Shown here in pieces: positions 9,809-19,732 of a stretch of 64,000 bases of DNA. The notes below the pieces were generated by a model. That model searched no databases and had not been told where the DNA came from. It was given only the letters and a program-made list of their open reading frames with translations. Location of the stretch: assembly GCA_964510105.1 (NCBI GenBank), contig CAZEAI010000008.1:6923-70922 (forward strand), in the 5' to 3' direction. Source of the stretch: an uncultured bacterium (GTDB taxonomy: Bacteria; Latescibacterota; MWCZ01). Numbering within the stretch: position 1 is the stretch's first letter; each line of letters opens with the position of its first letter. Both the position numbers and the translations under genes were made by a program.

Positions 9809-12460
9809 CTATTCGACGGTAACCCGGTCCCCACCGACAAGATCCACGGGCTCGGCGAGACTCAACACGGTCAGCCCATCAACCGCCGATACACCTGCCG
9901 CCGCGACGGCGTCGTTGATCCGAATCGTCGTCACACTCGGCTTCACGCGCAGCTCGGCGAATGCCAGCGTTCCACCGTCGCACGAAATCGTGAGCGTGCC
10001 GTCCCGCTGCTCCAGAGTGCCCCAGCCTGTCGACGAGACCCACGGCGTGCGAATGTCGTCTTCCACCGGCGCGATGGTAATGCGGCTCGCCGGGATGTCC
10101 ACGGTGAAGCCGGAGGCGGCGAGCATCAGCGTCCACGATGACATCGCGCGGTAGTAGTGGTTCCCACACTCAAGGTGATTCCAGGTCTCCCCGGCGCGAG
10201 CGTGCCGATCCTCGATGTTCTGTACGACGGCGCGTGCATCGTCGATCCGACCGTAGCCGTAGAGCAGCGCCGCGAAGAGATATTCGATGCCGGTCCAGTT
10301 CGCGTCCGCCTGGATGTTCTGGAACGTGTGGTAGATGCGCGTCCCGGCGAAATCGGCGGGGTACGCCGCGTTGAGCAGCCCGCCTTCATCGGTGTAGTCG
10401 TGACGCATGACGGCGTCGCACGCGGCCTGGATGCGTTCCTCCGGTAGGCCAGGCGGCAGTCCGACCACCTTCGCGAACCACTCGCCGTCGATCTGATCGG
10501 CCATGCAGCACTCGTCTCGGAGGTCGCCGTCGACCCACAGGCTGTAGTACTCGCCGTTCCAGAGTTTCTCGTCGAACGATGCCGCACACGACTCCCGCAG
10601 CGACTCCCATCGCCCGGCGCGTTCGGCGTCGCCCATATCCGCCGCCATCCGCGACGCGGCGGTTAACGCGGCGAGCCACAGGCTGGCGATGTACGACGGC
10701 GTGCCGTAGAAATTCCAGTTGTCGTACGTATTCTTGCGCGTGTCGTGGTCCGGCAGGCCGTCGCCGTCGGCGTCGAGCAGGAGCATGTTGTCCAGCGCGC
10801 GGACGACGCCGGGCCACTGGCGTTCGAGGTAGGAGCGGTCGCCGGTCCAGAGCCAGTCGCGGCACGTCAACAGAACGAACTGCGGATTCATGTCGACGCG
10901 TTCGAAATCGTCGTCCACCTGCTGGAGGTCCACGGCGAGCAGGTGTGGAATGCGCCCGTCGTCGCGCTGGTATCTCGTGGAAAGCTCCATCTGCACCGTC
11001 TCAAGCTCAGGGAAGAGCGCGAGCAAGCTGAACGACCCCTGATACGAGATATCCATCGTGTGGAACCCGCAACAGCGAAGCCCCTCCCAGATGCCGAACC
11101 GGCCGTTCCTGATCCACCAACTACACTTCACGAGCGTGCCAAGCTGCCCCGACCACGCGTTCGGGTAGACCTCGTCCAGGCTCGTGTCGCATAGCGTGTC
11201 GGCGAACCGGCGCGCAACCGGGACGATGTCATCGCGATTCGCCACGAGGTATCGACACGCCTCGCCCGCGTCGGCGAACCAGTTTTCATACATGTGACCG
11301 AGGAGTTCCTCGTTCGCCGCGTAGTGGTAAGGAAAGTGCCACGAAAGCGCGAACCGTATTTCGCGCTCCTCGCCCGGCTCAAGCGTCACGTCCACGATGA
11401 GCGCACCGTCACCCCACGCGCTGTCGTCCGCGCCGCCGTACGCGGATATCCCGGCCAGGGAGGTCTTCACGAACACGCGCAACCCGTCGTCGGTGTCCAG
11501 CGCGCCCGGCTCCGCCGATTCCACGCGCCGACGTATATCGGCCACGTACGGCATCTCGCAGAGGTCTGCCGCGAGTTTCTGCAGCGCCGTGATGTCCATG
11601 GCGTCCACATCGGCGTCGGTGAGCGCACGCCACTCAGTCGGAGCCGTGGAACGCCCCCGCGCCGCTCCGGCGAGACCCGCTCGGAGATCGCGGTACAGGC
11701 CCTGCATCCATGAGGCGTACGACGGCGAACCGAACGACGTCCCCTGCCCCATGAAGGCCCGATACTCCCCGGCAACCCACGATAGCTCACCACCATTCGC
11801 CGCCAGACACATGCTGCCCGTGGTGGGACGGCGCTCGACCGCGCGTATCGTGGACATATCGAGATACGCCGTGCCGCCCTCTACCGAGACAGTGTTCACG
11901 AGGCCGCGGTCGCGCATCCCGTCGTGTATGGGATTCCGCATGCAGGCGAGAAGGGACGCGGATACGGTCCGGTCGCCGTCGTTGCGCAGCCGGTAGGTGG
12001 CGTAGAAACCGGGCGTGCCGGATGTTCTCGCATCGTGCGGCACGAACGGCGCGCTGAATTCGGACGTCACCTTGATCGGCAGCGAGGCGTCTTCGTAACG
12101 CAGCCGCGCCACGGGGAATCGCTGCTCGAACGCTATCTCCTGCACCGATTTCAGCCACGATGACGAGTAGAGCGTGCCGGACGGATTCGGATTCATGCCG
12201 AGGGTCCGGACCACCGGCTCCCCATCGACGATCTGGGTCCGCAAAACGAACGCCAGCGCGTCGGGCGGCATATTCGGCGTGGGGGTACCGCTGAACACGT
12301 CGGAGCGGTTCTCGGGCCAGGCTTGTGGTTTCTGTCCGAGCTGGAAGATCTCGTCCCAGTCGTAGAATCCGCCGTCCGGCCGCAGCTCTACCGATCCCGC
12401 TCCGACTCCGCCCAGCGGAATGCCACTCGCTCCCGCCATCCTCGTACGTATCTCGCCCAC
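9809..12460 (-). CDS. glycoside hydrolase family 116 (GBA2-type beta-glucosidase / glucosylceramidase-like)
   Basis: N-terminal GIPLGGVGAGSVELRPDGGFYDWDEIFQ motif is the signature of the GH116 N-terminal domain. Large (about 880 aa) with an (alpha/alpha)6-like catalytic region. The start is placed at a GTG with an upstream GGAGAGG; the ORF-finder start was 12604. Confidence 0.6.
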   Translation of the reverse strand: MGEIRTRMAGASGIPLGGVGAGSVELRPDGGFYDWDEIFQLGQKPQAWPENRSDVFSGTPTPNMPPDALAFVLRTQIVDGEPVVRTLGMNPNPSGTLYSSSWLKSVQEIAFEQRFPVARLRYEDASLPIKVTSEFSAPFVPHDARTSGTPGFYATYRLRNDGDRTVSASLLACMRNPIHDGMRDRGLVNTVSVEGGTAYLDMSTIRAVERRPTTGSMCLAANGGELSWVAGEYRAFMGQGTSFGSPSYASWMQGLYRDLRAGLAGAARGRSTAPTEWRALTDADVDAMDITALQKLAADLCEMPYVADIRRRVESAEPGALDTDDGLRVFVKTSLAGISAYGGADDSAWGDGALIVDVTLEPGEEREIRFALSWHFPYHYAANEELLGHMYENWFADAGEACRYLVANRDDIVPVARRFADTLCDTSLDEVYPNAWSGQLGTLVKCSWWIRNGRFGIWEGLRCCGFHTMDISYQGSFSLLALFPELETVQMELSTRYQRDDGRIPHLLAVDLQQVDDDFERVDMNPQFVLLTCRDWLWTGDRSYLERQWPGVVRALDNMLLLDADGDGLPDHDTRKNTYDNWNFYGTPSYIASLWLAALTAASRMAADMGDAERAGRWESLRESCAASFDEKLWNGEYYSLWVDGDLRDECCMADQIDGEWFAKVVGLPPGLPEERIQAACDAVMRHDYTDEGGLLNAAYPADFAGTRIYHTFQNIQADANWTGIEYLFAALLYGYGRIDDARAVVQNIEDRHARAGETWNHLECGNHYYRAMSSWTLMLAASGFTVDIPASRITIAPVEDDIRTPWVSSTGWGTLEQRDGTLTISCDGGTLAFAELRVKPSVTTIRINDAVAAAGVSAVDGLTVLSLAEPVDLVGGDRVTVE

Positions 12461-12677
12461 GTTCGCCTCTCCATGCCGGGGGTCCTGCCGACGGTGAGTT
12501 CCGCCGCACGATAAGCTACCGCGCGAAGTTGGAGTGGGGGTAGGCGGTACGCGCCTGCCCGTGTCGTCGCGAACGCCGTTGGGGTGAACGCGGCGGCTTG
12601 TCATCTTTCAGCTTCAACTTGATGCCGTAGGTCGGGACTGACACGCGGCTCCGTCGCGTCTCTCATGTCGCGGGGAA

Positions 12678-13979
12678 TTGTGCTCCATGATGCCGATACA
12701 AGCTCGCGCTGTGTACATCAAGCGGGAGGCCTATGAGGACCCCCGCGCTATGGAGCGCGTCGACCGAATGCTGCCGTTCATTCATTGCGAATCAGAGCCG
12801 GTGGTCATCGACGACGAGGGGTGGTACCGGCTCGTTCTCGACGGAGGACTCAACTCACTGCCCCGACACGGGCGAAATGCCGACACGATCGAGCCGATCG
12901 TCATCTTCAACGCCTTCCTCTACGACCACACGCCGGAGGAGCGCGACCGGCGGCGCGAGAAATTCCCGAAACTGTTCCGGACGCCCGGTACGAACGATCC
13001 ATACAGTGGCTACGGCGGCTGGGAGTGGCGCAAGTCGGGCGCGGACGAATACCGCCGAACCACGGGACTCGTCTGCCAGCCGGCGTACGCCATCCATTCG
13101 ATCTGGGGTTGTCATTTCCGATGCTCGTACTGCGATCTCGGCGGCGTAGCGAACGTCTACGTGAATCTCGACGATTGGATCGATCGTATCCGGGCGGGCC
13201 TCGGTAACCTTAACAACGCACCCGATCAAACGCTCTTCCAGTGGGACAACGGCGCGGACGTCGTGTGCTGGGAGCCGGAGTACGGTGCGACGAGGCTGCT
13301 CGTCGATCTCTTCGCGCGGACGCCGGGCAAGCATCTCGAACTCTACGTCGGTAAGAGCGATCACGTCGACTACCTGCTCGACTACGACCACCGCGGCCAC
13401 ACGGTCTGCTGCTGGAGCATCGCCGCGGAGACGCAGTGCCGCGATCTGGAGAAGCGCACCGCATCGCTTGAGGACCGCCTCCGCGCGGCGAGGCGGTGTG
13501 AGGACGCGGGCTATCCGGTCAGGATGCGCCTCAGCCCGATGGTACCTATCGCGGGATGGCAGGACGAGATCCCGCACATGCTCCGCCGCATCTTCGAGGA
13601 AACATCGCCGGAGATGCTCACCATCGAACCGCTGCGCTTCTATACATATGACCAGCTCGTCAGGGACTTCGCGCCCGGAGTTCTCGACGCCGAATTCGTG
13701 GACGCCATGCGCGATCTGCCCGACGACACCGGCGACTGGCACCGGCGCGAGTTTCCCGACGAGCTTCGGCAGCGCATGTTCGCCCTTGTGCTCGACGAAG
13801 TAGCTCGCCTGTCACCGGCGACGCCGGTGGCGTTCTGTCGCGAGAAGCGAACGATGTGGGATGCGCTCCAGAGCGACCTGGCGCGGATGGGGCAGCACCC
13901 CGACGATTACGTATGCAACTGCGGCCCGCGATCCGTCGGCCCGGATGCTCGCCTTCTACCCACGGTGGCGCCCGTGTGA
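12678..13979 (+). CDS. radical SAM protein, spore-photoproduct-lyase (SPL/SplB)-like family
   Basis: CHFRCSYC = CxxxCxxC radical-SAM cluster motif within a roughly 430-aa ORF. The overall layout resembles COG1533 DNA-repair-photolyase-like radical SAM enzymes. Confidence 0.5.
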   Translation: MCSMMPIQARAVYIKREAYEDPRAMERVDRMLPFIHCESEPVVIDDEGWYRLVLDGGLNSLPRHGRNADTIEPIVIFNAFLYDHTPEERDRRREKFPKLFRTPGTNDPYSGYGGWEWRKSGADEYRRTTGLVCQPAYAIHSIWGCHFRCSYCDLGGVANVYVNLDDWIDRIRAGLGNLNNAPDQTLFQWDNGADVVCWEPEYGATRLLVDLFARTPGKHLELYVGKSDHVDYLLDYDHRGHTVCCWSIAAETQCRDLEKRTASLEDRLRAARRCEDAGYPVRMRLSPMVPIAGWQDEIPHMLRRIFEETSPEMLTIEPLRFYTYDQLVRDFAPGVLDAEFVDAMRDLPDDTGDWHRREFPDELRQRMFALVLDEVARLSPATPVAFCREKRTMWDALQSDLARMGQHPDDYVCNCGPRSVGPDARLLPTVAPV

Positions 13980-14158
13980 TACACCTACCCATGCGTCTGG
14001 ACCGGGGGCTCAGCCCTCCCGTCCCGAGGACGCGCACAACACTACCCATCGTCGCCGCGGCGGGAATCGAGTGTCGCAGCGGCGACGTGAACGACTCCCT
14101 CCGGCTTTGTGTGGAGAACGCTCCCGTCGCGGTCGGGCGGACATCGAAAGGAATCCCA

Positions 14159-16221
14159 TGAAATCGCTGCTGATCGCCGTCGTGCTCGCCTGGATGCCGA
14201 CACACGCCGGTGTGCTGGAGAACGGCACGCTGATGGTCGACGGGAAGCCATTCTTCCCGTTCGGCACGTGGGGCGGCAGTCCGGAGCTCTGCGCAGACCT
14301 GGGGCTGAACACGGCGCTGCACACCGTGCCGAAGACACCGGAGGGAGTTGAGGAATTCCGGACGCGCCTGCGCGTATTCGCCGACCATGGGACGCAGGTC
14401 GCGGTTTTCCTGGGGTACGGCGGCAGCGAGCCTGTGCCGTGGACGCGCGGTGAGGTAGTCAACGCAACGGCGCTTGAGGGCGAGCCGAACCTGCTCGCGT
14501 GGTACCTCGGCGACGACGTGTACGAGACCGGCTTGCCAGGCGTTCGGCAAACGTCGGAGTATCTCCGCGAGCTGACGCCGGACATCCCGACCGCGGCGGA
14601 CTACATCGGCGACGTCGACTCGCCGGAAGCGCAGGATGTGTACGGCAACTACGTGGACATCAAGAACAACTACGCATACCCAATCCCCGGCGACGATCCC
14701 GTAGACGTACCGAGCCTCGACGAGTATGCCGCGTTCTTCGACGACAACCTCGCCGCATTCGGCGAGCCGCGCTGGACGGTAATCCAGTGCTTCCAGTGGA
14801 ACCGGCACTCAGATCGTTACAACCTCGGCGTCGGCGACGCCACCGGAGCGATCCCGGAGCCCGAGCAGGTGCGGCTTCTGGCATTCACGGCGCTGCATCG
14901 CGGCGTGCGCGGGCTCCTGCTCTATCCGGACCGCTCACTTGCCGCGCAACCGGAACATGCCGGCGAGTGGGCGCTGCTCGCACGAGAAATCGACCTCGTC
15001 GCGCCGCAGCTTGCGGCAGGACGCTGGGAGCCGGATCTCGCCTGCTCCGACCCGCAGGTACGCGCGTCGGCGTTCATCACGGATACGGCCGTGGTGATAC
15101 CGGCGCTCCAGGCGAAACCGCACTACAACCGCTGGGTGGACGCGGCAATCGCCGAGGAGTTCACCATCGACTGCCCGTGGCTCGCGTCGGAAGCGCCGCG
15201 AGCGGTAGTGGTAGCTCCGCCGGACGTCCATGAGTGCTCCGTAGAGCCGCTCGGCGACGGAATGGTGCGAGTGCGCGTCCCCTCGCTTGAGATCGCACAG
15301 TTCGTGGTGTTGACGTCCAGCGACGAAGCTGTCGCATCGCTGCGGACCGGCGCTCGTGCGGCGGCGAACTCGCTGGCGCACGTCATCGTACCGGCGGCGG
15401 CGGCGCAGGCGCGGGAATCGGCCGCGATTCTGCGGCATTCGGGCAGAGGCGGCGCGCGGCAGGCGGCGGCGCTGGTGGCGCAGTGCGCGCGCTCATCGGT
15501 AGCCGGGCGGCACGACGAGGCCCTGCGCCATTGGCGCGCTGCGTTGCGCACTTCACGGACGGCCATCGACGGCTTGATGAAGAGCCTCGACGCCGAGCGC
15601 GGCCTCTTCCCGGCGTCGCAGCGAGTGTACCTCGAGTCTCCGCACGCACTGCACAACATCTCCGGCATAGCGCGCCCGCTGAGCCTCGATCCGCAGTGGC
15701 ATTTCGTGACCGAATGGGACGTCGTAGGCCCCTTCGCGCTGGGCTGGAACGGCACGTTCGTCGAGGGGAACACGCATCAGCCGGCGCCCGCGCCGAAATT
15801 CGACCACCCGTACCCCCCTGAAATCGATCCGGCGGCCCCCGGCCCGTTCGCCACCGTGGACGGCCCGGCGATGTGGCGCTCGGCGGAAACGAACGTTTCG
15901 GGTATGTTGAACCTGGTCGGCCTGTTCGACACGCCGGACACCGTCGTCTCCTACGCGCGCGTGATCGTGACTGCTCCGCGCGACATGGCGGTGGAGGCGA
16001 GCCTCGGCTCGAACGACGGCGCGAAGGTGTTCGTCAACGGCGAGGAAGCTTTCTCGCGCTACTGCGCACGCACGGCGTTCCCACATCAGGACGCGTTCCC
16101 CGTTGACCTGCGGGCGGGGCGCAACGTCGTGCTCGTCAAGGTAGCGAACCTGGCGTTCGGCTGGCAGTTGTACTTCTCGATCAGGGACCAGGAACGCGTG
16201 CTCAGGTATTCCCGCGAATGA
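14159..16221 (+). CDS. secreted hypothetical protein, glycoside-hydrolase-like TIM-barrel region plus a C-terminal beta-sandwich module
   Basis: Signal peptide MKSLLIAVVLAWMPTHAG. The C-terminal roughly 150 aa are shared with ORF 21751-23559. The real start is internal to the ORF-finder ORF 13861-16221. Confidence 0.45.
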
Positions 16222-16264
16222 GCTTGCGAGCCCACTAACCCGTTCATGCCGGAAGGATCATACC

Positions 16265-19200
16265 ATGAATCGCCGCAGTACGCGCAGACTTGCGCGCGTC
16301 ATGACGCTACTCGCTACGCTCGGCACGCCCGCGCCGACCCTCGCCGCGAATGCAGAGGTACTGTGGGTGTACGAGACCACGGGCGGATACCTCGACAGCT
16401 CTCCGGCCGTCGCGGATCTGGACGGCGATGGTAGCCCGGACATCTGCATGACGAGCCTGGCCGGACCCGTTTTCGCGCTGGACGCCCTCGGCCGAGAGAT
16501 ATGGAAGATCGACCTGAAGGAGCGGATCACCATCGCGCCTACAGCCGCCGACGTGAGCGGCGATCGCGCTCCGGAAGTCCTCGTCGTGACGCAGACCGGT
16601 CGACTATATTGTCTCGAGGGCCGCAGCGGAGACGTCATCTGGGTCTACGACATACCGTCCCGCGCCAGGCTGGACAGCGTGGCGAGTTACACGCTGGAAT
16701 TCACGCCGGACGAACCGATCAAGCATGGCGGCACGACAATCGTCGCCGCGGACATCGACGCGGACGGCGCGGTGGAACTCGTAACGAACACGGTACGCGG
16801 TGCGGTGCTCTGCCTGAACGCGGCGGGCGACCTGCTCTGGAGCTACGACGCCGGCGAGAACCTGCCCGCGGCGCCCGCTGTCGGGGATCTCGACGGCGAC
16901 GGGGTGGCGGAGGTGGTGATCGGTTCCCTGGAACATCCCGCGACATGCCTCTCCGCCGAGGGCACGCTCCGCTGGCAGTACGATGCCGACGCCGATCTGC
17001 CGAACATCGGCCGTAACAAGGACATTGCCAGCCCCGTCATCGCCGACCTGGACGGAGACGGGCGAGGTGAAGTCGTCACAGTCGATGAGAACACGATGCT
17101 GGCACTCGACGCCGACGGCGCGGTGTTGTGGACGACCGTGGTCTCCCGCAAGCGAGTCGACGCGTCGCTCACCATCGCCGACGCGGATCGTGACGGCTCG
17201 CCCGAGATATACGTCGTCGACCTCACCGGAGACGTGGTCCGAGTGAACGCCGACGGCGCCCGCGTCTGGACGACGAACATCGGCCAACGGTGCCGCCGCG
17301 GTTTTTCGGTTGCCGACGTGGACGGCGATGGGGCGGTCGAGATCGTCGTCGGCGCCTACACCGGCAAGATCCACGTCTTCGCGCCGGACGGCGTAATCGA
17401 AGAGGAGCTGGAAATCGGCTCCGGAACGAACGCTACGAGCACACTGGCGGACCTTCTCGGCGACGGCGGCGTATGCGTCGTCACTCCGGAAATCACGGGG
17501 AATCTGGCGGTCTACCGCTGGGCTCCCGGCACCACGGTATCCGAGATACTCGTACCGGGGTATCGCGGCGGGAACTCCCGCACGGCCTCATCGTTCACCA
17601 CCCCCGTCGAACGGGAGCCCCTCTTCGAAGCGCTCTCCACCGGCTCCATATACGACCGCCGCCCGGTCTTCACCGTGGAACTGAAGAACCCGGCGCGCGA
17701 CGCGCTCACGGTCAGGCTCACCGTCGCGGACGACAACGGCATCGCCGGGGAAACGACGCGGACCATCCGAGGGAACTCGCGTGGAGCCCGCCTCTCGTAT
17801 GACGGCGATCGCCTCGTGGGAAACGCGATCTACACTTGCACGGCGTCTCGCGACGACAGCGTGTTGGAGTCCCACACGTTCACGCGGGTGATCCGACCGT
17901 TCGCCGCGGCTCTGGACGCTCTGCGGGAGCAGGCGGCGCGTATCGAGACGCTCATGTCGGAAGTATCCGACGTCAGCGGCGTCGCGGAGCGTCACGCATA
18001 CCTCCAGGGAGCGCTGCCCGCGCTTGCCTCCCGCACGGGGGAGCTTGGCCACCTTTCGGCGATGCAGCTTCGCGAACTGTGGAGCAATCTCGCCGCGCTA
18101 TCGGAGGACCTCGCCAGGCTGGAGATGCTTGTCAGCGCGGCCCGAGACGCCGGCACGGCTCTGGTCGTCTCCCAGGCCAACCCGTGGGCGCCGTTCGGCG
18201 GCGTGGACGAGCTTTCGGAGGGCCGGATGGGCGGCGAAAGTCTCTCCGTGGAGGCATTCGGGGGCGAAGTCGAGAGCGCGGCGCTCAACGTCTGGAACTT
18301 CTCGGGTACCGCGAAGACGCTCCGTGTGACGATGAGCGGCCTGGCGCTCGGCGACACCGTGGTCTCGGACGCAGTGACGGTGCGCGAAGTGGTCGCCGTC
18401 CCGACGCAGCGAGCGAAGATGAGCGCCGACGCCGTTCCGGAGCTTCGCGGCAGCCGCACCATCGTCGTACCGGCCTGGAGCGCGCGCCAGGTGTGGCTGG
18501 AGGTCCACACGGAAGCCCTTCGAGCCGGAACGTGGACGGGCGAACTGCGCCTGAGGAACATGAGCGTCGTGACGGAGGAGGCAGTCGCGCCCGTGACCAT
18601 CACAGTCTGGGCGGTGGCGCAGTCGCGCGAGCACGTGTTCAACCTCTGCGGGTGGGCGAAGACCCGCGGTGAGGGTGTATTGGAGGACATGCTCAGCCAC
18701 GGCATGAACGTCTTCACCGACGCGCGTCCGGTGCCGTTCCAGTACGACGCCGACGGGAGCATCGTCTCGGCGGATTACTCCGCGCTCGACGCCTACATGG
18801 CCTCGCACGCTCCCGAGGGCACGGCCCTGTTCCACTCGCTCGTACGACTCACCGGACCCGCCGAGCGGTTCAGCGAGGTCTGGAACCGGGCGTACAACGC
18901 GGCCGTCAAGCAGTTCGTCGCACACGTGGAGGAAATCGGGTTCGACTACAGCGACTACGCGTACTACCCCGTGGATGAACCCGGCATCGGCGACGGTCGC
19001 CGCGTGGCTGCGTTCGTGCAGTGGTCGGCAATCACTCGACAAGCAGATCCGGACATCCGCATCTACACGAACCCCATCGATCTGCCGTACGAATGGCTGG
19101 AGGAGCTTAACCCGTACGTCGACATTTATGCTCCGTTCCATAGCGGAGCGTGGCACAACGATCCGCAAGAAGCCCGTCACGTGGAACTGATGCATGGCGA

Positions 19201-19699
19201 CGGCCACGAGCTTTGGACGTATACGTGCAGCGATAACGCCAAGCACCTATCGCCGCTGGGCTACAGCCGCGCGCAGCCGTGGATGTCATTCAACGACGGT
19301 CACACCGGCGGCGGCATCTACACGTATTCTCGCTACAACGACACCGACTGGCATGTGGCCGGACTGGAGTACAACCTGGTCTACTCCGGCGACGACGGCC
19401 CCATCCCGAGCAAGCGGTGGGAGGCCGTGCGCGACGGCGTCGAGGACTACTCGATGCTGATGGCGCTCAGGGCCGCGGCGGCAGCACCGGGCGCCCGTCC
19501 CGACCTCGTGCGAAGAGCGCGTGCGCTCTTGGCCGGCGATGTCGTGACGGTCGGCAACTTCTGCGGCCTCGACGACGACGGAACGGTGCCCGGCAAGGAA
19601 GGCATGTCCGCCGCGCGACGCCTCGCCGACCGGCGGTACGCGACTATCACCTCGGTCCGCCGCGAAATGCACGACCTGCTGGAGGCGTTCGCGGAGTAG
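16265..19699 (+). CDS. secreted FG-GAP/PQQ-like beta-propeller protein fused to a glycosidase-like C-terminal region
   Basis: Signal peptide (MNRRSTRRLARVMTLLATLGTPAPTLAANA). There are at least 7 repeats containing ADLDGDG / ADVDGDG motifs (FG-GAP/VCBS-like), and a roughly 500-aa C-terminal region resembling ORF 14159-16221. Confidence 0.5.
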   Translation: MNRRSTRRLARVMTLLATLGTPAPTLAANAEVLWVYETTGGYLDSSPAVADLDGDGSPDICMTSLAGPVFALDALGREIWKIDLKERITIAPTAADVSGDRAPEVLVVTQTGRLYCLEGRSGDVIWVYDIPSRARLDSVASYTLEFTPDEPIKHGGTTIVAADIDADGAVELVTNTVRGAVLCLNAAGDLLWSYDAGENLPAAPAVGDLDGDGVAEVVIGSLEHPATCLSAEGTLRWQYDADADLPNIGRNKDIASPVIADLDGDGRGEVVTVDENTMLALDADGAVLWTTVVSRKRVDASLTIADADRDGSPEIYVVDLTGDVVRVNADGARVWTTNIGQRCRRGFSVADVDGDGAVEIVVGAYTGKIHVFAPDGVIEEELEIGSGTNATSTLADLLGDGGVCVVTPEITGNLAVYRWAPGTTVSEILVPGYRGGNSRTASSFTTPVEREPLFEALSTGSIYDRRPVFTVELKNPARDALTVRLTVADDNGIAGETTRTIRGNSRGARLSYDGDRLVGNAIYTCTASRDDSVLESHTFTRVIRPFAAALDALREQAARIETLMSEVSDVSGVAERHAYLQGALPALASRTGELGHLSAMQLRELWSNLAALSEDLARLEMLVSAARDAGTALVVSQANPWAPFGGVDELSEGRMGGESLSVEAFGGEVESAALNVWNFSGTAKTLRVTMSGLALGDTVVSDAVTVREVVAVPTQRAKMSADAVPELRGSRTIVVPAWSARQVWLEVHTEALRAGTWTGELRLRNMSVVTEEAVAPVTITVWAVAQSREHVFNLCGWAKTRGEGVLEDMLSHGMNVFTDARPVPFQYDADGSIVSADYSALDAYMASHAPEGTALFHSLVRLTGPAERFSEVWNRAYNAAVKQFVAHVEEIGFDYSDYAYYPVDEPGIGDGRRVAAFVQWSAITRQADPDIRIYTNPIDLPYEWLEELNPYVDIYAPFHSGAWHNDPQEARHVELMHGDGHELWTYTCSDNAKHLSPLGYSRAQPWMSFNDGHTGGGIYTYSRYNDTDWHVAGLEYNLVYSGDDGPIPSKRWEAVRDGVEDYSMLMALRAAAAAPGARPDLVRRARALLAGDVVTVGNFCGLDDDGTVPGKEGMSAARRLADRRYATITSVRREMHDLLEAFAE

Positions 19700-19732
19700 C
19701 CCGGACGCCGCACACATGACGGAGGAAGTTCC

